The notes under the pieces were generated by a model. That model was given only the letters and a program-made list of their open reading frames with translations, had not been told where the DNA came from and did no database searches. The translations under genes were made by a program, and so were the position numbers. A DNA stretch of 64,000 nt from Tubulanus polymorphus (taxonomy: Eukaryota; Animalia; Nemertea): NCBI RefSeq assembly GCF_964204645.1, contig NC_134028.1:4898001-4962000 (forward strand), written 5' to 3'. Shown here one piece after another: positions 40,083 to 52,388 of this stretch. How positions within the stretch are numbered: the stretch's first letter is position 1; the number at the start of each line of letters is the position of its first letter.

Positions 40083-40910
40083 GCAGGGGCGGATCCAGGG
40101 GGATGGGTAGACAGTATAAGAAGGAAATTTAAGGGCACTTTTCTGATCTTAGGGCACACCCAGTATCCAGGTCAATGCGAGCGCCGAAGGCGCGAATTCC
40201 TTAGAGGGGGGTCTGGTCAAAATATAAAATATGGTACCATTTAAAGGCTTTTAGAGGGCTTCTAGAGGCTAGCAGAGCAATCCAGAATAAACGAATTCGA
40301 GACAAGATTTCAACACATGCGGATAAAAAATGAAGCTGGCGAACCCATGAAAGAATGGTTGTCGCCAACTTCGCCTAGTGCCCCTATAATCTTTAAAAGT
40401 GCCCCTTAACAATTATACAGAATACGGCTAAGTGCCTCTTCATTGTTAACAATCGGCAAAAATTGCCTCGTCTTCACATTTTTCCTTATGTCGTGTGCCA
40501 TCTTCCAACCAAAAGTGCCCCTAAAATTTTAAAAATTAGGCAAAAAAGTGCCCTTTTCTTCAACATTTTCCGCGTATAGTGCCCTCTTCTAAAGTACGAG
40601 TGCCCCTTTAGCCCTCCCTGAAAAGGCAAGGAAGGACAAGGTGCCCTCATCTAAAGCATGAGTGCCCCTTGTAAAAGGAAAGTGCCCTTTTTAATTTATC
40701 ATGATTAAAGGCTTTACAAATATGATTATCTCTCCTCACTTTCTTGGCAGCAGTATATACCGATTAATTTTATAATTATGACCGGATTACGGACACGGAA
40801 TTAGCGGTTGCTGAAATAATGCCGTCAAAAATATTGCCGGTGAAATTTCGAAGGGCACTTAAAAATTCTAGACCGTATTGGGCAATAATACGGTCTGGAT
40901 CCGCCCCTGC
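40083..40910. mobile_element. Non-autonomous DNA transposon, 828 bp, 16-bp TIR GCAGGGGCGGATCCAG
   Basis: GCAGGGGCGGATCCAG at 40083 and CTGGATCCGCCCCTGC ending at 40910, both flanked by TTT (candidate 3-bp TSD). More than 10 internal AAGTGCCC/GGGCAC motifs, a GCGCC-GAA-GGCGC hairpin, and no transposase ORF. Confidence 0.9.
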
Positions 40911-41184
40911 TTTAGGACACCCCGACTATCCTCTAGTCAGCATCAGGATTACTCTTGGTCTAGTATTTAGCTGTTCTTCCCCAAACAAGTAACGGAACTC
41001 ATGCATTGTCTGCTATTCAGACTAAACTCCTCAGTTTGGATCAGATATCCTCATAGCCATGTCATATCCACAATAAAAAATACTTAAACAATGCATTGCT
41101 TTATACAAATTCATCTAAACATTTAATGACATCATCTTCAATATTTCACAAATCTACAAAATTAGAATTTGGTTTTAAAGAACG

Positions 41185-42069
41185 TCAACTTGTAGATAAA
41201 TTAGAATCTTGAACAACGTAATTAAAATCAGTTTGTCTAATGGAGATTTTCAGAACCGGTGCAGTCGTCACTTCTTTACCCATTTTTTCTAAATCTCTTA
41301 AAATCATTTTTTCCATAAGAGGCGGGAATTTAGTCGTTGAAGGCGCAATTCTCTTATCTCTCACCGGGGCATCATTTTTCTTAATCTGTTCTTCCTCGTG
41401 TTTCGCGACTAGACGCCAGTCCGGTTTGTAACCGGAGCAGATTTTCTTCACGCCCATCGGAACGCCTCGAAATGTGAAATCCATCATCGCGTAACCGGAA
41501 CGCCGGGTCTAAAATAGAAATACCACAGAGCAGGGTTAGTCTGAATACCAGACAATGTACGAGTTCCTCTAGCGTGAATACCATACGTCTACCAAGGTTC
41601 CCCTACACAGTTACCTCGGTAGTAAGCTTTTATAATCAGATGGACTTAAACCAAGATCAGGGATGACAATGGCCAAAACACAGTTGAAATAAGTAACACC
41701 TTGGACTTGGTTAGTAAAAATATCAGATCGTGAAACTAAATCACACACCGCATCAATGACTGACTTGGGTTATACCCTCTCAATAATATTGTTTTGCAAC
41801 GCTAATAGATTAAAGGACTTGGTCTGTCAGTGATTTTTTTCAGCTGTGGCAATTTAAACTTTATAAGATCCTAATCTTACATTATCAGACATCTTGGGAA
41901 CGACGTCTTTGACTATGTAATAACTCGGTTCCGAGTATTTGAAGTGAGTCGATTCTCTAATGACCATTCTACCAACTCCGAACCCTTTCAGTTGACACAG
42001 AATTTCAAACAACGTTTTTCCGTAATAATCTCGAGCGCTTCTTCCGATATATTTAATTGGTGTCGACAT
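41185..42069 (-). CDS. MRPS34: Mitochondrial ribosomal protein S34 (mS34)
   Basis: Exons 42069-41881 (MSTPIKYIGR...GKTLFEILCQLKGFGVGRMVIR...YSEPSYY) and 41508-41185 (FTFRGV...YKPDWRLVAKHEE). Confidence 0.92.
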
Positions 42070-42540
42070 TTTCCACCTATGAAATGTATATTCCTCGAAA
42101 AAATCAAGATTTAATCTAAAAATTTTTAGGAAGTCGTGATCAATGCGCAACGACCTTGAGATCCACCAGTGAATTATTGACAATCCAACAAAAAATATAG
42201 CTTATTAATATTCAAAACGAGTCAAAAGATTAGAACATTAAGACAGAAGAGGGACATGACATAAAAGGCGCTTTTAATGAGTTTAGTCGAGTATATTCGG
42301 TTTAGTTCCAGCATTTGCCACACATTTTTACGATGGCAGCACCTTCGTAAAATGAAGGGTTGCTCCGAGAGATCAGCGAACCTAAACCTCAAGGTCGCAG
42401 CGTGTATGTTTTGACTTTTGACAGTTGGTGCTGGAGATGATGAAATCTTGTGAAATATCTTTATAAAATACTGATGACATGACATGACATACGGTGGATC
42501 CGTTTTTCTGAGATTGAAGAGATAGATACAAAATTGCAGC

Positions 42541-44330
42541 ATGAAATTAAATTTGGAAAAACTTGTGAAAAAAGTAGGTTATTGATTGGTTATTTATGCA
42601 TCAATCTCAATTCTTTTTGCTTCTGTTTTCAACGGTATCAGAATGAGTAGAGACGGGCCAATATCACTGTAACGATGTCATGAAACTTTAAATTGCAGGT
42701 TATTTTTGAAGAGTTGAACAGACTGGATGCATTCTTAACTGAAGATGATGTGAAAGCTCTTCTGCTTGAAGACGGTGCAAATCGACCAGCTCGAACTTCA
42801 ATCGTAGGATACCCACCGTGTCCATTCTATAAAGAATTATCCAGAGCTCTTGAAAGATGGCTGGAAGAGAAGTATGATTAGCAGCCTGTTATCAGAGTTA
42901 TGACATCAGAGCACAACCTCTTTCTTATCTATTCTATCTTTGTTCTAGAGTTTGCCCAGTTTCTGATTTACCAAGCTACCCATTATTGGATGAACAGCAC
43001 TATATTTCTGAAAGGTTAATAACACATCTAGCGATGGACTCTCAGCTTCGAGAAGCCCGTATGATTTAGTAATTCTATTGAATCCTCTTCATTTTCTCGT
43101 TTATAGAGAAGCTAAATTTCGTGAGGTTCAATATCTATTGGAAGGATTATCGACTCTTTGGAATCACTGGAACGAAGAGGAAAAGCAATATCGATTGAGA
43201 ACAATATTCCAGGTAATCGCCCTCCTCACGCCACTTTACCAACTGCTCCCTGCTTGGTACCCTCCTGAATTAACTCGATATTTTCAGGTTATTGGTAGAA
43301 GGGGTTTACTCGATTTACTCGGTTTGCGTAAAACTGTCGGGAGTCAAGATCTATTTCCACCATCACGAAAACTATTAGAGGATACGTTCAATGCTTTACA
43401 CAGGTTTCGATTCAATTCTGTACAAAGTTATATTCTTCAAAACACCTCAACATTGAGATATAGCCATTTTTTTCATCAATGAAAATAAAAAGATTTTTCT
43501 CTTACTTTCATTCGACGAATATCTGAATTTTGTAGTGAGAAGGCGCAGTTAACAGTTGGAGCTAGAGCCCTGGCTAAACATGGTCATCGAGATCAGTCAT
43601 CGAGCTGGTGGGGAATTTCTTCTGGTTGTAAGTACCGGTAACTACATAGTCATTTCACCGGAGTTATCTAAGCGTGCATTAAAGGGAGCCAAATTATTTT
43701 TCTCATTCAGCTGAAGTAACTAAGAATGAACACGCAAATTCTGTGATGACAAAGATATTTGATGGGGCTACATGGATCAACATACATCAACTACCGGTAA
43801 ATAAACTAGAACTAATGATTAAAGCTTACTGAAATACAGTAGAACCCGCTTAATTCGAATCATTTGGGACCAACAAAATTCATCCAGTTAGGTTACAGGA
43901 AATCCGGATTAAAAGTAATTTTCTTGTATATTAATGAACAAATGAACTACAAATATTGTCCAAATAAGACCAAAATCCAAATTAAGGGCAGTTGACTGTA
44001 TGAACATTCTGTTAATTGTAGTTCTTCTTGCTTTACAGCAACAAATAAACATCATTGAAGTTCGACATGCTGATGGTAAGTTCAGTCCTACAGTTGGACT
44101 CTAAAATATTTCCATCATTATAAACGATCAGATTTTCTGGTGCCCTTAAGTTCATCGTAAGGAGGTTCTCCACAGTATACAGTTGCTCTCTTCATTGATA
44201 ATTCTACTATAAATCAATGGTTTGTCTGTTTTCAGGATATGGTGCAAGATGGTCGTTCGATGGTAAATCATTCCGGGGTTTTCTAGAGCCGCAGATGGAA
44301 GGAGGTCATGAAGTCGGTTGGAGGCATTGA
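42541..44330 (+). CDS. Uncharacterised conserved protein (~270 aa) with C-terminal LTVGARALAKH...GYGARW...FRGFLEP domain (resembles the C-terminus of plant 'RNA-binding ASCH domain' proteins; no ASCH domain recognised here)
   Basis: Exons 42541-42573 (start uncertain), 42699-42871, 42949-43014, 43107-43212, 43288-43403, 43536-43627, 43711-43796, 44039-44075, 44236-44330. All are GT-AG and phase-compatible, ending GHEVGWRH-stop. Confidence 0.82.
43837..43998. mobile_element. Tc1/mariner-type MITE in an intron
   Basis: TA|CAGTAGAACCCGCTTAATT ... AATTAAGGGCAGTTGACTG|TA: imperfect TIR with TA TSD. Similar CAGT/ACTG-TA ends occur at ~52405-52623, 53167, 60110-60123 and 63070-63088. Confidence 0.7.
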
Positions 44331-47300
44331 TGAGATGAATTACACGCCACGCATCGCTTACAGCTCACATTACTCTAGTCGTTTTTCACAATAAAATTCA
44401 ATCATATTTCACCGTTAGCTATAAATATTCGTTTCATATTCTATATAAGAAATATAATTAAAATAATTTAGAATAATAAATTTTTTTGTTGTATTTTTCT
44501 CTGATTTTTGCTTTAAAAGGCTATTTGGGTTGGTGGAGGAACTCGGGATAGAAGAAAAAAGGTACTGAAGACGACAATTCATTCAAGACTTAAGAAAAAG
44601 ACAGCAAACAAAAACTCAAAAAGCATATTTCAGTGTTAAACTGTTACGTTATTCAATTTATTTAAGTGAACATTGCAATACAATAAATGTATTTTGTATA
44701 TTTGGAGCTAGATATTTCTACAAGTAAGATCTATGCAGTTGATTCTTGAAATCTTGACACGATAAATCATTTCTATTTCAGTCTTATTTTCTAAAACTAA
44801 TTTAGATGAAACTAGAATTCATTACATTCTTCAGTCTTTAGCCTCGACCCGGAGGTTGATCAGTACTCTAGTGTAGAGGTTATTCATGCGATGTCACAGG
44901 ACATCGAATTGACCGTCAAATACAAGTGGCTTACTGAAGTAATATCAATATCATAACTGACGGACATTATGACATACATGTGAACAGTGTCTGACGTCCA
45001 TGCATAACCTCCATACACGTGTCATACAACAAGTTTTTCAACATTAAAAATTACATAATAAAATATAATTTGAAAGCGTTCCACAAGACACTTATGTGTA
45101 CATCAGTTTATATTAATACTAGCCTATTTACACATTACAGCAATTCATAACTTACTCAATATATACACATATATATATATATATCTTCAGAGGTAAAAAT
45201 AAAACATTTATATAAAACGTATATTCTATGTCTAGGGCGGGGTTTGAGTGGGAAAATATTAACCACATTCACTTCTAGATCTATTCCTACAAGCATAAAA
45301 CCAGTATCAAACCTTAGAATACAACACACAGGTACTCACTCGCCACAGCTTAGACTAAACCAAGATGAGGCAAGCAATGACGGCGAGTATTCAAAGGTAA
45401 TAAATGAAAATGTGAAGAAGTGCTCAGGACTTATTCAAAAAAAAAAACATTCATTTATTGTGTGGTTGACATTCCCTGAATATACATGTAGCATGTTCTA
45501 TGAAAACTGTTATTTTCGGTGTATAAGAAATTTCACAATCCCTGTTTAAAAGACAATGATCAATGCTTGCGGGATTGAAACTTGTTTGACCCGGCTAATT
45601 ATTTCACTCGACGCACCCTTTTTATCTTAAATCATTACAGTCATTCATTGTGATTGAAATATTTAAAAAGAAAATAATATGTGAAATAATGAATTTGTTA
45701 TATTGCAGCACAGTTTTGAAAAGGTGATAAAAAACTATTCTAAAAGTATGAAGGGTTTCACGGTGAAATAGAAAACCGTGAAAAATAATACAAACAGTTA
45801 AAACTGAGATACATAAAATACGCAAGAAATGAAAACCATTTTATGATCATAAATAAATGCCTTGTGCCTGCTTAATTATAGTAAAATCATTGGTCATTAA
45901 TTCAGAAAGTTTTGCATTGAACTGAAGTGGTTGATTTCTTGTAAGAACACGTTGACATATCAAGTCGATAGTTATAGAATTAGAGTCTAACTGTCTGTGG
46001 GAACTTTACTGTTTGTGGAAGGTTGATTAACACAATTGGTCTTACAACAGTTTTACATATTGTCCTATAGAATTACATGATTGACTATCAAAGGTATTTC
46101 ACCTAATGTTTATTTGTATTTCCAGGTAACAACACTCAATGCTTGCAATAAAGCAACATTGGGGTTTTCGTCACAGATTATTGTGAATGGAAATACCTGA
46201 TTGGTTTAACAAATCTGAACAATCATAATTGAATAGGCGCAATACATGGTTTGATATCAATAACTAATCCTAGTTTTTCTTCAGAAAACAAGACCGAACG
46301 AGGTTAATCATCAACCACTGGATCATACACCAGACAGTTATTCTCACACAGCGCTTGATAATCATTTTTATTGCGTAAATAGGCAAATCAAATACTTGAT
46401 GGTTTCTATCAAAATACCGTCAATACCAATTAACCTCATAAATACTGTTCGAGATACTAAACCACAGGCAGGAAACATTTAGCCTTATTTTCAGCCATTT
46501 AGCCGTTCATCAGTGCAGCAAATTATTAGCAGCGAAAATATTTCATCAACAAGTGCCTCATACATCAGACAACTCCCATATATCACCCATTTCAACTATT
46601 ATTATTTTTAACCTATTGCTTGCGCCAACACTATAAATCATAACGACACATTCCTTCATTCAAAAGCAAAAATAAGTAAATTTCTATCACTTTCACCTCA
46701 AAGGTCCCAAAAAAGTATAATTGCATAAAATTGATTAATAACACTGAGGAATGATGTCAAAATAAATTCTGTATATACATAATATTCTTCTATTATTCAT
46801 CCTCCTTTGGTTTTGAAGCAAGACCAAAGGAGAAGGTAATTATTTCCTGTGGAACCCTTCCGTCTGACTAATGTAAGTTCCTTTCTAAGAACTGACAATC
46901 ACCAGTTAAGGAAGGAGTCTCTGAAGGAAATCTGCGCCATACGTAGAAAGCGCAGAATCGAAAGATTTACGATTGCCAGTAAAAAATGACATGCATACCA
47001 ATCAATTCAGGGTCTCAGTTTCAGTATATATATACTACTGGTAGAATCAATAGAAAATCATTAACCAGTCAGCAACATAATACAGTCTCGGTACGAGCGG
47101 GCCGGTCTAACGCAGTTATTATCAAAAGGGTTGCAAAATAATCTAGCACGTAGCAGTTAAAGGATAACATCTCTCACAGTCAGGATTAAATAGATAAGAT
47201 CTAAACAGTCCGAAGAGCTCGGACAGAGAAACCCAGTGAACGATAGAAGAAGTTAGGGCAGTAACAGCAGTCAACCTGAGTCTTAAACATGATCGTAATA

Positions 47301-48182
47301 CAAAACAAATTCATCCTATTTGAATGTCGATATAATAACAATTTACATCTTTATAAACCAAATATTGGTTACTAACAACTGAACAAACAATCTGCATTAT
47401 TGACACATGCATTGACTGAACTCGAGAAACACCCGATTCCAAATGAATCAATTCACCGTCAAAATGATCCCTTCCGATTATTTCTGATCTCAGTTCAACT
47501 GATACGAAGTGACGTGAAATTGAAACCGATGAAATATTCATCTAGATAGAATTCAACGGATCGGATTCAAGCATCTGTTTGAAACGGAGCTGTAGAACTG
47601 CGTGACACAGTAGTATACAATGTGTCCATGATTTTAGAATTAGTCGCTCATTTTATCGACTACTGAATACATGAAACCAGTTCTAATCTTTCGGACCGAT
47701 TCCATATTCAAAACGTTCAATGACGTTCATCGCAATAAATACAGAAATATTCAGTCAATGAGTTTCACATTCATAAAGTTTGATTTATGACTTCGGATAG
47801 TGATTCATATCACTGTGTGTTTCTAGGTGACGTAATGCTAACATTGATTCGAAGATTTTCTTCAAAAAAACTATCGCAGGAAGAACACTAGCAATATTAT
47901 AACTATCATCTTCAACTGAAAATAAGAACCGAACAATGAACGTGACTATCGAGATAACTCTCAGGGTTCTGACTTCCAAATCGAAACTGATATTCAGGAT
48001 CAAAGACCACAGTTCTCGACTAGAATTTATATCTAGCGTGGAAACATCGAAAATGAACATAACTTTTAGAATGAAACTAAGCTGGAACTGTGGAACCGGA
48101 TCCCGATTGTCAACGATCACAGCTAAAAGGCGCTATACATCAATGCTCGATGAAATAAAAGGTTCCTATTTTCACGAATCGT

Positions 48183-48782
48183 TTATTTTCGTTTCGTTGT
48201 TTTACCGTGTTTCATCGCTTTACGCCTTTTCAATATCATATTATAAAAAACTTCCATCGCTTCGTTTAAGCCTTCGCCGTTGATCGCGCACGTCGGCATA
48301 ATCTGCCATAAATGCCCGGGACCGAGTTCGTGTAACGCCATTATTTTCTCCATCTCGTGCGGTTCCTGCGCGCCCGGCAGATCCTGTTTGTTAGCCATGA
48401 TAATCACCGGTACCGACGCGTTGTCCGGGATACGGATCGTTTTGATTAGTTCGAGACGAGCTTCCTCCATACGTTCGACGTCGACGCTATCAACGACGAA
48501 CACGATACCGTCCGCCGACCGCGTATACGACCTCCATAACGGACGTAGTTTATCCTGACCGCCGACGTCCCAAACCATGAAATTAACGCCCTTCGCTTTA
48601 CCGCTTTGTCCTTTCACTTTTTCGCAGTTAAATCCGATTGTAGGAACGGTGTTCGTATACTGGTCGAACTTCATACGATATAAAACAGTGGATTTTCCGG
48701 CTGAATCTAATCCGAGCATGACTACGCGTACCGGGTGACCGCCTGTTAGGCTTTCTAATAATGAACTAGCTCCCGATCCCAT
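48183..48782 (-). CDS. ARL4: ADP-ribosylation factor-like protein 4 (ARL4A/C/D pro-ortholog)
   Basis: Intronless CDS from MGSGASS (myristoylation Gly2): GLDSAGKS, TVPTIGFNCEKV, WDVGGQDKLRPLWRSYTR, NKQD, TCA, basic tail KRRKAMKHGKTTKRK. 5'-UTR intron ~48941-49960. Confidence 0.93.
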   Translation of the reverse strand: MGSGASSLLESLTGGHPVRVVMLGLDSAGKSTVLYRMKFDQYTNTVPTIGFNCEKVKGQSGKAKGVNFMVWDVGGQDKLRPLWRSYTRSADGIVFVVDSVDVERMEEARLELIKTIRIPDNASVPVIIMANKQDLPGAQEPHEMEKIMALHELGPGHLWQIMPTCAINGEGLNEAMEVFYNMILKRRKAMKHGKTTKRK

Positions 48783-50076
48783 ACTCAACACACACTCATC
48801 ACAACTCTATTCCCATCATTAATCATTCATATTCCGGGCAATTATCCGTTATTTCTACATGCGTTCGTTTTTTTCTGGTGATGAATTCTTGTTTATCGAC
48901 GCAGTTCCATCTACCTCGGTCTAGACCATCCGGCTGGAACCTGTATCAAATAAAACATCAATTTCAAATGAATTTCAAGCTGTTTTTAAAAAAAGCAAAC
49001 ATTAAACACTGGATACACAAAGCTAAACGATCGACGCAATAGCAATTAATGAATATCGGTAACGTCAGACAATGAGAAAAAAACCCAGCTGATCAATTTC
49101 CCAATAAAATCTAATCTAACATTTAACATATGCCTACCCTACGACTAGGTCACAATCTCATTAGGTAAAACTTTGTTTGAAGTCATGAAGTCAGTAGCTG
49201 AAGAAGTAGTATTTAAGCCTCTACAGTAGCGTAGAGCACAATGCTATTATATCCTCTCTCGCTCAGAACAATTAATAATGTACCAGATTTCTTGGATTCA
49301 AATTACAGGTTTCTAATTATGTGACTGCAGGGGTCAACCGTAATTTAGGTAATGCGATAATACTAGACTTTGATCCACAACGCAATGATTGCTGGGTCAG
49401 TGAGGAGTGAGGGCTGATTGTCCTCATAAAAACAGCCCAACCCAGTCAGTCAGTATGACACAGTACAGACAGGCGTACACTGCCAGTTGCCGTTTATCTG
49501 AATCATGAGTCAAGAAGATACACTTAATATAATATCATCCGTCGTGTAATATGAATCTATGAGAAAATCCCACAATAAATCAAGGACTTTTCAGCTTTGG
49601 CTGAATTTATCGTGGAATGCTCATAAAAACTATCCTCGTCATATAGAAACAAATAGAAATATTTCTGCATCATTTTTAACAACGGTCGTCGGTGCCTTTC
49701 ATTCACATTGATAATTATAAGAGGGGCTAAACGTTATCTAAAAAACCAACAGCAAATGAAACTATTGCTTGCTTTATGTCAATCATTGATAACAACGATA
49801 TCAAATATGAAGACAGAGAATTGAATAAAATAGATTAAATTTAAATTTAATTATTGTATTGTACAGTTTTGTGTAGTGCCAACCACTTGTTCTAGGCTCT
49901 ACGAATACGAGTTTTTAACTATTTACAGAACAGAATTTGTGATTGGATTTCGATACTCACTACCGCACATTCACAGTCAGACCAGTCACATCTTTATCCT
50001 TTACTTATTCCAACAACGTGATATGTGCTAGCACAAGAAATAGTCACTGAGAAAAAATATCACAATCGTTTCCTGG

Positions 50077-50395
50077 TTTATAACTAGCCCTGGCACGTGA
50101 GTTCAATACAAATTCAATCAATTTATTTCTACCGTCAAAAACGGCAAGTGAGTTACAAATTCAAATTGAGATTTTATTTATTTCAAAAAATCATGTACCA
50201 CGTATCAGACCGGTTTTTTCATTCAGAATAAGCCAATCTATTCATGTTTTAATTCGGTGGAATAAACCTTAACCGATACCAGGCCGTTGTAGTTGAATAT
50301 TTAGTTTGTCCATCGCCCCGAAGGTGGCAGCAGCTGACGGTGTGCTGAATATTTGACAGGACGTCACTTCCGAGCAGGGCATTCGTCCATTTTTC
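50077..50395. promoter_or_regulatory. Bidirectional promoter of ARL4/DCUN1D3
   Basis: TATAAA on the minus strand (50077-50082), E-box CACGTG (50094), CTCF-like CCCGAAGGTGGCAGCA (~50317), overlapping CRE/ETS GACGTCACTTCCG (~50360), YY1-like TCCATTTT (~50387). Confidence 0.55.
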
Positions 50396-50984
50396 CGAGG
50401 AAAAAGTCGATGATTGTTCTGGGAATATATATGAAAATTAGCGACGGAATAGAATAAAGAGAAGCTTGAGTCGAATCTATAGCGGGAGAAGTGGAATGGT
50501 TAGTGAGATTATTCATTTTAATCGATTAAATCACGTTAGAATAGGCGTTAAAATTACCGTCTCCAGTTCGAGTTTCCATCATCAATCAACCAGTCACCGA
50601 CACACTGGTGTCTTCCTGGTCCATTCTATGAGTCATTTATCATCACTGTATTTTGTTGAAGGATTTCATTAGGTGCATGACCTGGCTTTACCTGTGTTGT
50701 GGTGAATGATATTTTGGCAGAAGTATACTGTGAGGGACAGGGTGAGAGTAGAAGGATGAATGATTAGGCCTTTTGAGGGGAGATGAGGGATAAAGAAGAA
50801 TGATGGGATGAATGATACTGGATGATGATGAGATGGGTGTGGATGTGAGACTGAAACGTTTCAAAATCTAGACAGAGGGATTGTAAAAAAGTGCACCTTG
50901 ACTTTTCTAATATTGAGTTTTATACATTGTGTTGTAGGTGGTGTGTTGTTGAAGCAAGAAAGATTTGTCGGACGTCGGGTACAA

Positions 50985-51965
50985 ATGGGCAAGTGTTTTT
51001 CTTGTGAGGAGCAAAATCGAAGCAGTGTCCAGAATGGTCAAACACGGACCGTCAGCGGCTCCTCTCGGCAGCCTTCACGTTCATCTGTAGGATTACCGGT
51101 GACCGTTATCAGAAAACCTGGAACCTACGAAACTAAAGTTCAAATACCGCCAACCGATCCGAATTATACGACTTTTACTACCGTTACCACGACAACGACG
51201 GCTACGACTGTCGAAACCGATCGTAAATCGGCGTCGACGGCGAGCGTCATGTTCGGGCAGTATCCGAAATTGCCGATCCGTAAACTGAGCGGAGGTGAGT
51301 CGAAACGATTCTCTTTGCCGAACGAAAATAGAATCAACGCTTTATACGAACAATATAAAGAACCGGACGAGGAGTTCATCCTCGCGGAGGGCATCGAGAG
51401 ATTCTGTCGGGACCTAGACGTGAAACCGGACGAGTTTCGAGTTCTGGTGCTCGCCTGGAAGTTCCAGGCGGAGACGATGTGTCGATTCACGCGCGGCGAA
51501 TTCGTCAATGGTTTCAAAACTCTTAAAGTCGATTCGATCAAAGGAATTCAGTCCAAATTCCCCGAGATGTTGCAGGAAGTGAAAAATAAAGACGCGTTTA
51601 AGGAGTTTTATCGTTGGACGTTTAAATTCGGTCTCGATGCCGACGTCGGTCAGCGGACTTTACCGGTGGATATCGCGAAGGCGCTCTGGCACTTAGTGTT
51701 CATTAACGACGAATTACCGATTCTAAAACGCTGGCTCAATTTCCTCGACGACCATCCGGGGATACGCGGCATATCGAAGGACACGTGGGACATGTTTTTA
51801 AATTTCGTGGAAGTTGTCGGTGACGATCTGAGCACGTACGACGACACCGAGGCGTGGCCGAGTTTATTCGACGATTTCGTCGAGTACGAAAATGACCGCG
51901 AAAACCAGAACTTCGAACCGAATAAACAGAATTTGGATTTGTACCGAGATGAGGAAACGTGTTAG
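50985..51965 (+). CDS. DCUN1D3: DCN1-like protein 3 (neddylation co-E3, PONY/DCUN1 domain)
   Basis: Starts MGKCFSC (myristoylation/palmitoylation). ILAEGIERFCRDLDVKPDEFRVLVLAWKFQAETMCRFTR, GISKDTWDMFLNF, YDDTEAWPSLFDDFVEY. 5'-UTR intron 50742-50937. Confidence 0.95.
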   Translation: MGKCFSCEEQNRSSVQNGQTRTVSGSSRQPSRSSVGLPVTVIRKPGTYETKVQIPPTDPNYTTFTTVTTTTTATTVETDRKSASTASVMFGQYPKLPIRKLSGGESKRFSLPNENRINALYEQYKEPDEEFILAEGIERFCRDLDVKPDEFRVLVLAWKFQAETMCRFTRGEFVNGFKTLKVDSIKGIQSKFPEMLQEVKNKDAFKEFYRWTFKFGLDADVGQRTLPVDIAKALWHLVFINDELPILKRWLNFLDDHPGIRGISKDTWDMFLNFVEVVGDDLSTYDDTEAWPSLFDDFVEYENDRENQNFEPNKQNLDLYRDEETC

Positions 51966-52272
51966 AGAACGCCGCGACGAGTAAACCTTCCACACCTCCT
52001 ACTCCCCCTAACTCGCGATAAACTCGCTCGACTGGTGGCTGAATATCGGTAGTTGCGAGTGAGTTCAATGAAATCTGAGGGAAATAGGAATCACATATCT
52101 GACTACCATTAATTACTATTTGAGAATAGTTACTACTCTTTTTAGAGCTCAGTTACGTCCAGAGTTATCATGATACTCTCAAAAACGGAATGATTTCTCA
52201 TTCATTTACTAATAAACTACTATTTTCGATGGCTAATTGTGGTGTAAAAACTACAACAAAGATAGGTAGTCA

Positions 52273-52388
52273 GGATCCAGTTCCACAGTTGTGAGTTAGA
52301 GTTAACTCTCCATAAGATAAGTTCATTTTCAATGAGTTACTGGTAACTCGCGAGTTAAACCTTTACCCACGTCTGCGGAACTCGATCC
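52273..52388. mobile_element. MITE with TIR GGATCCAGTTCCACAG (family also at ~6452-6549, 13223-13330, 15723-15798, 35567, 37439-37569, 53246-53367, 57910-58120)
   Basis: GGATCCAGTTCCACAG ... CTGCGGAACTCGATCC, with an AT-rich GAGTTAA/TTAACTC interior. Confidence 0.7.

Noticed and set aside
50898-50984. N-terminal extension of DCUN1D3 in the ORF track (similarly 48783-48791 for ARL4 and 42070-42183 for MRPS34)
   Set aside because: These begin at non-ATG codons in intron or UTR sequence; the true starts are MGKCFSC, MGSGASS and MSTPIKY.
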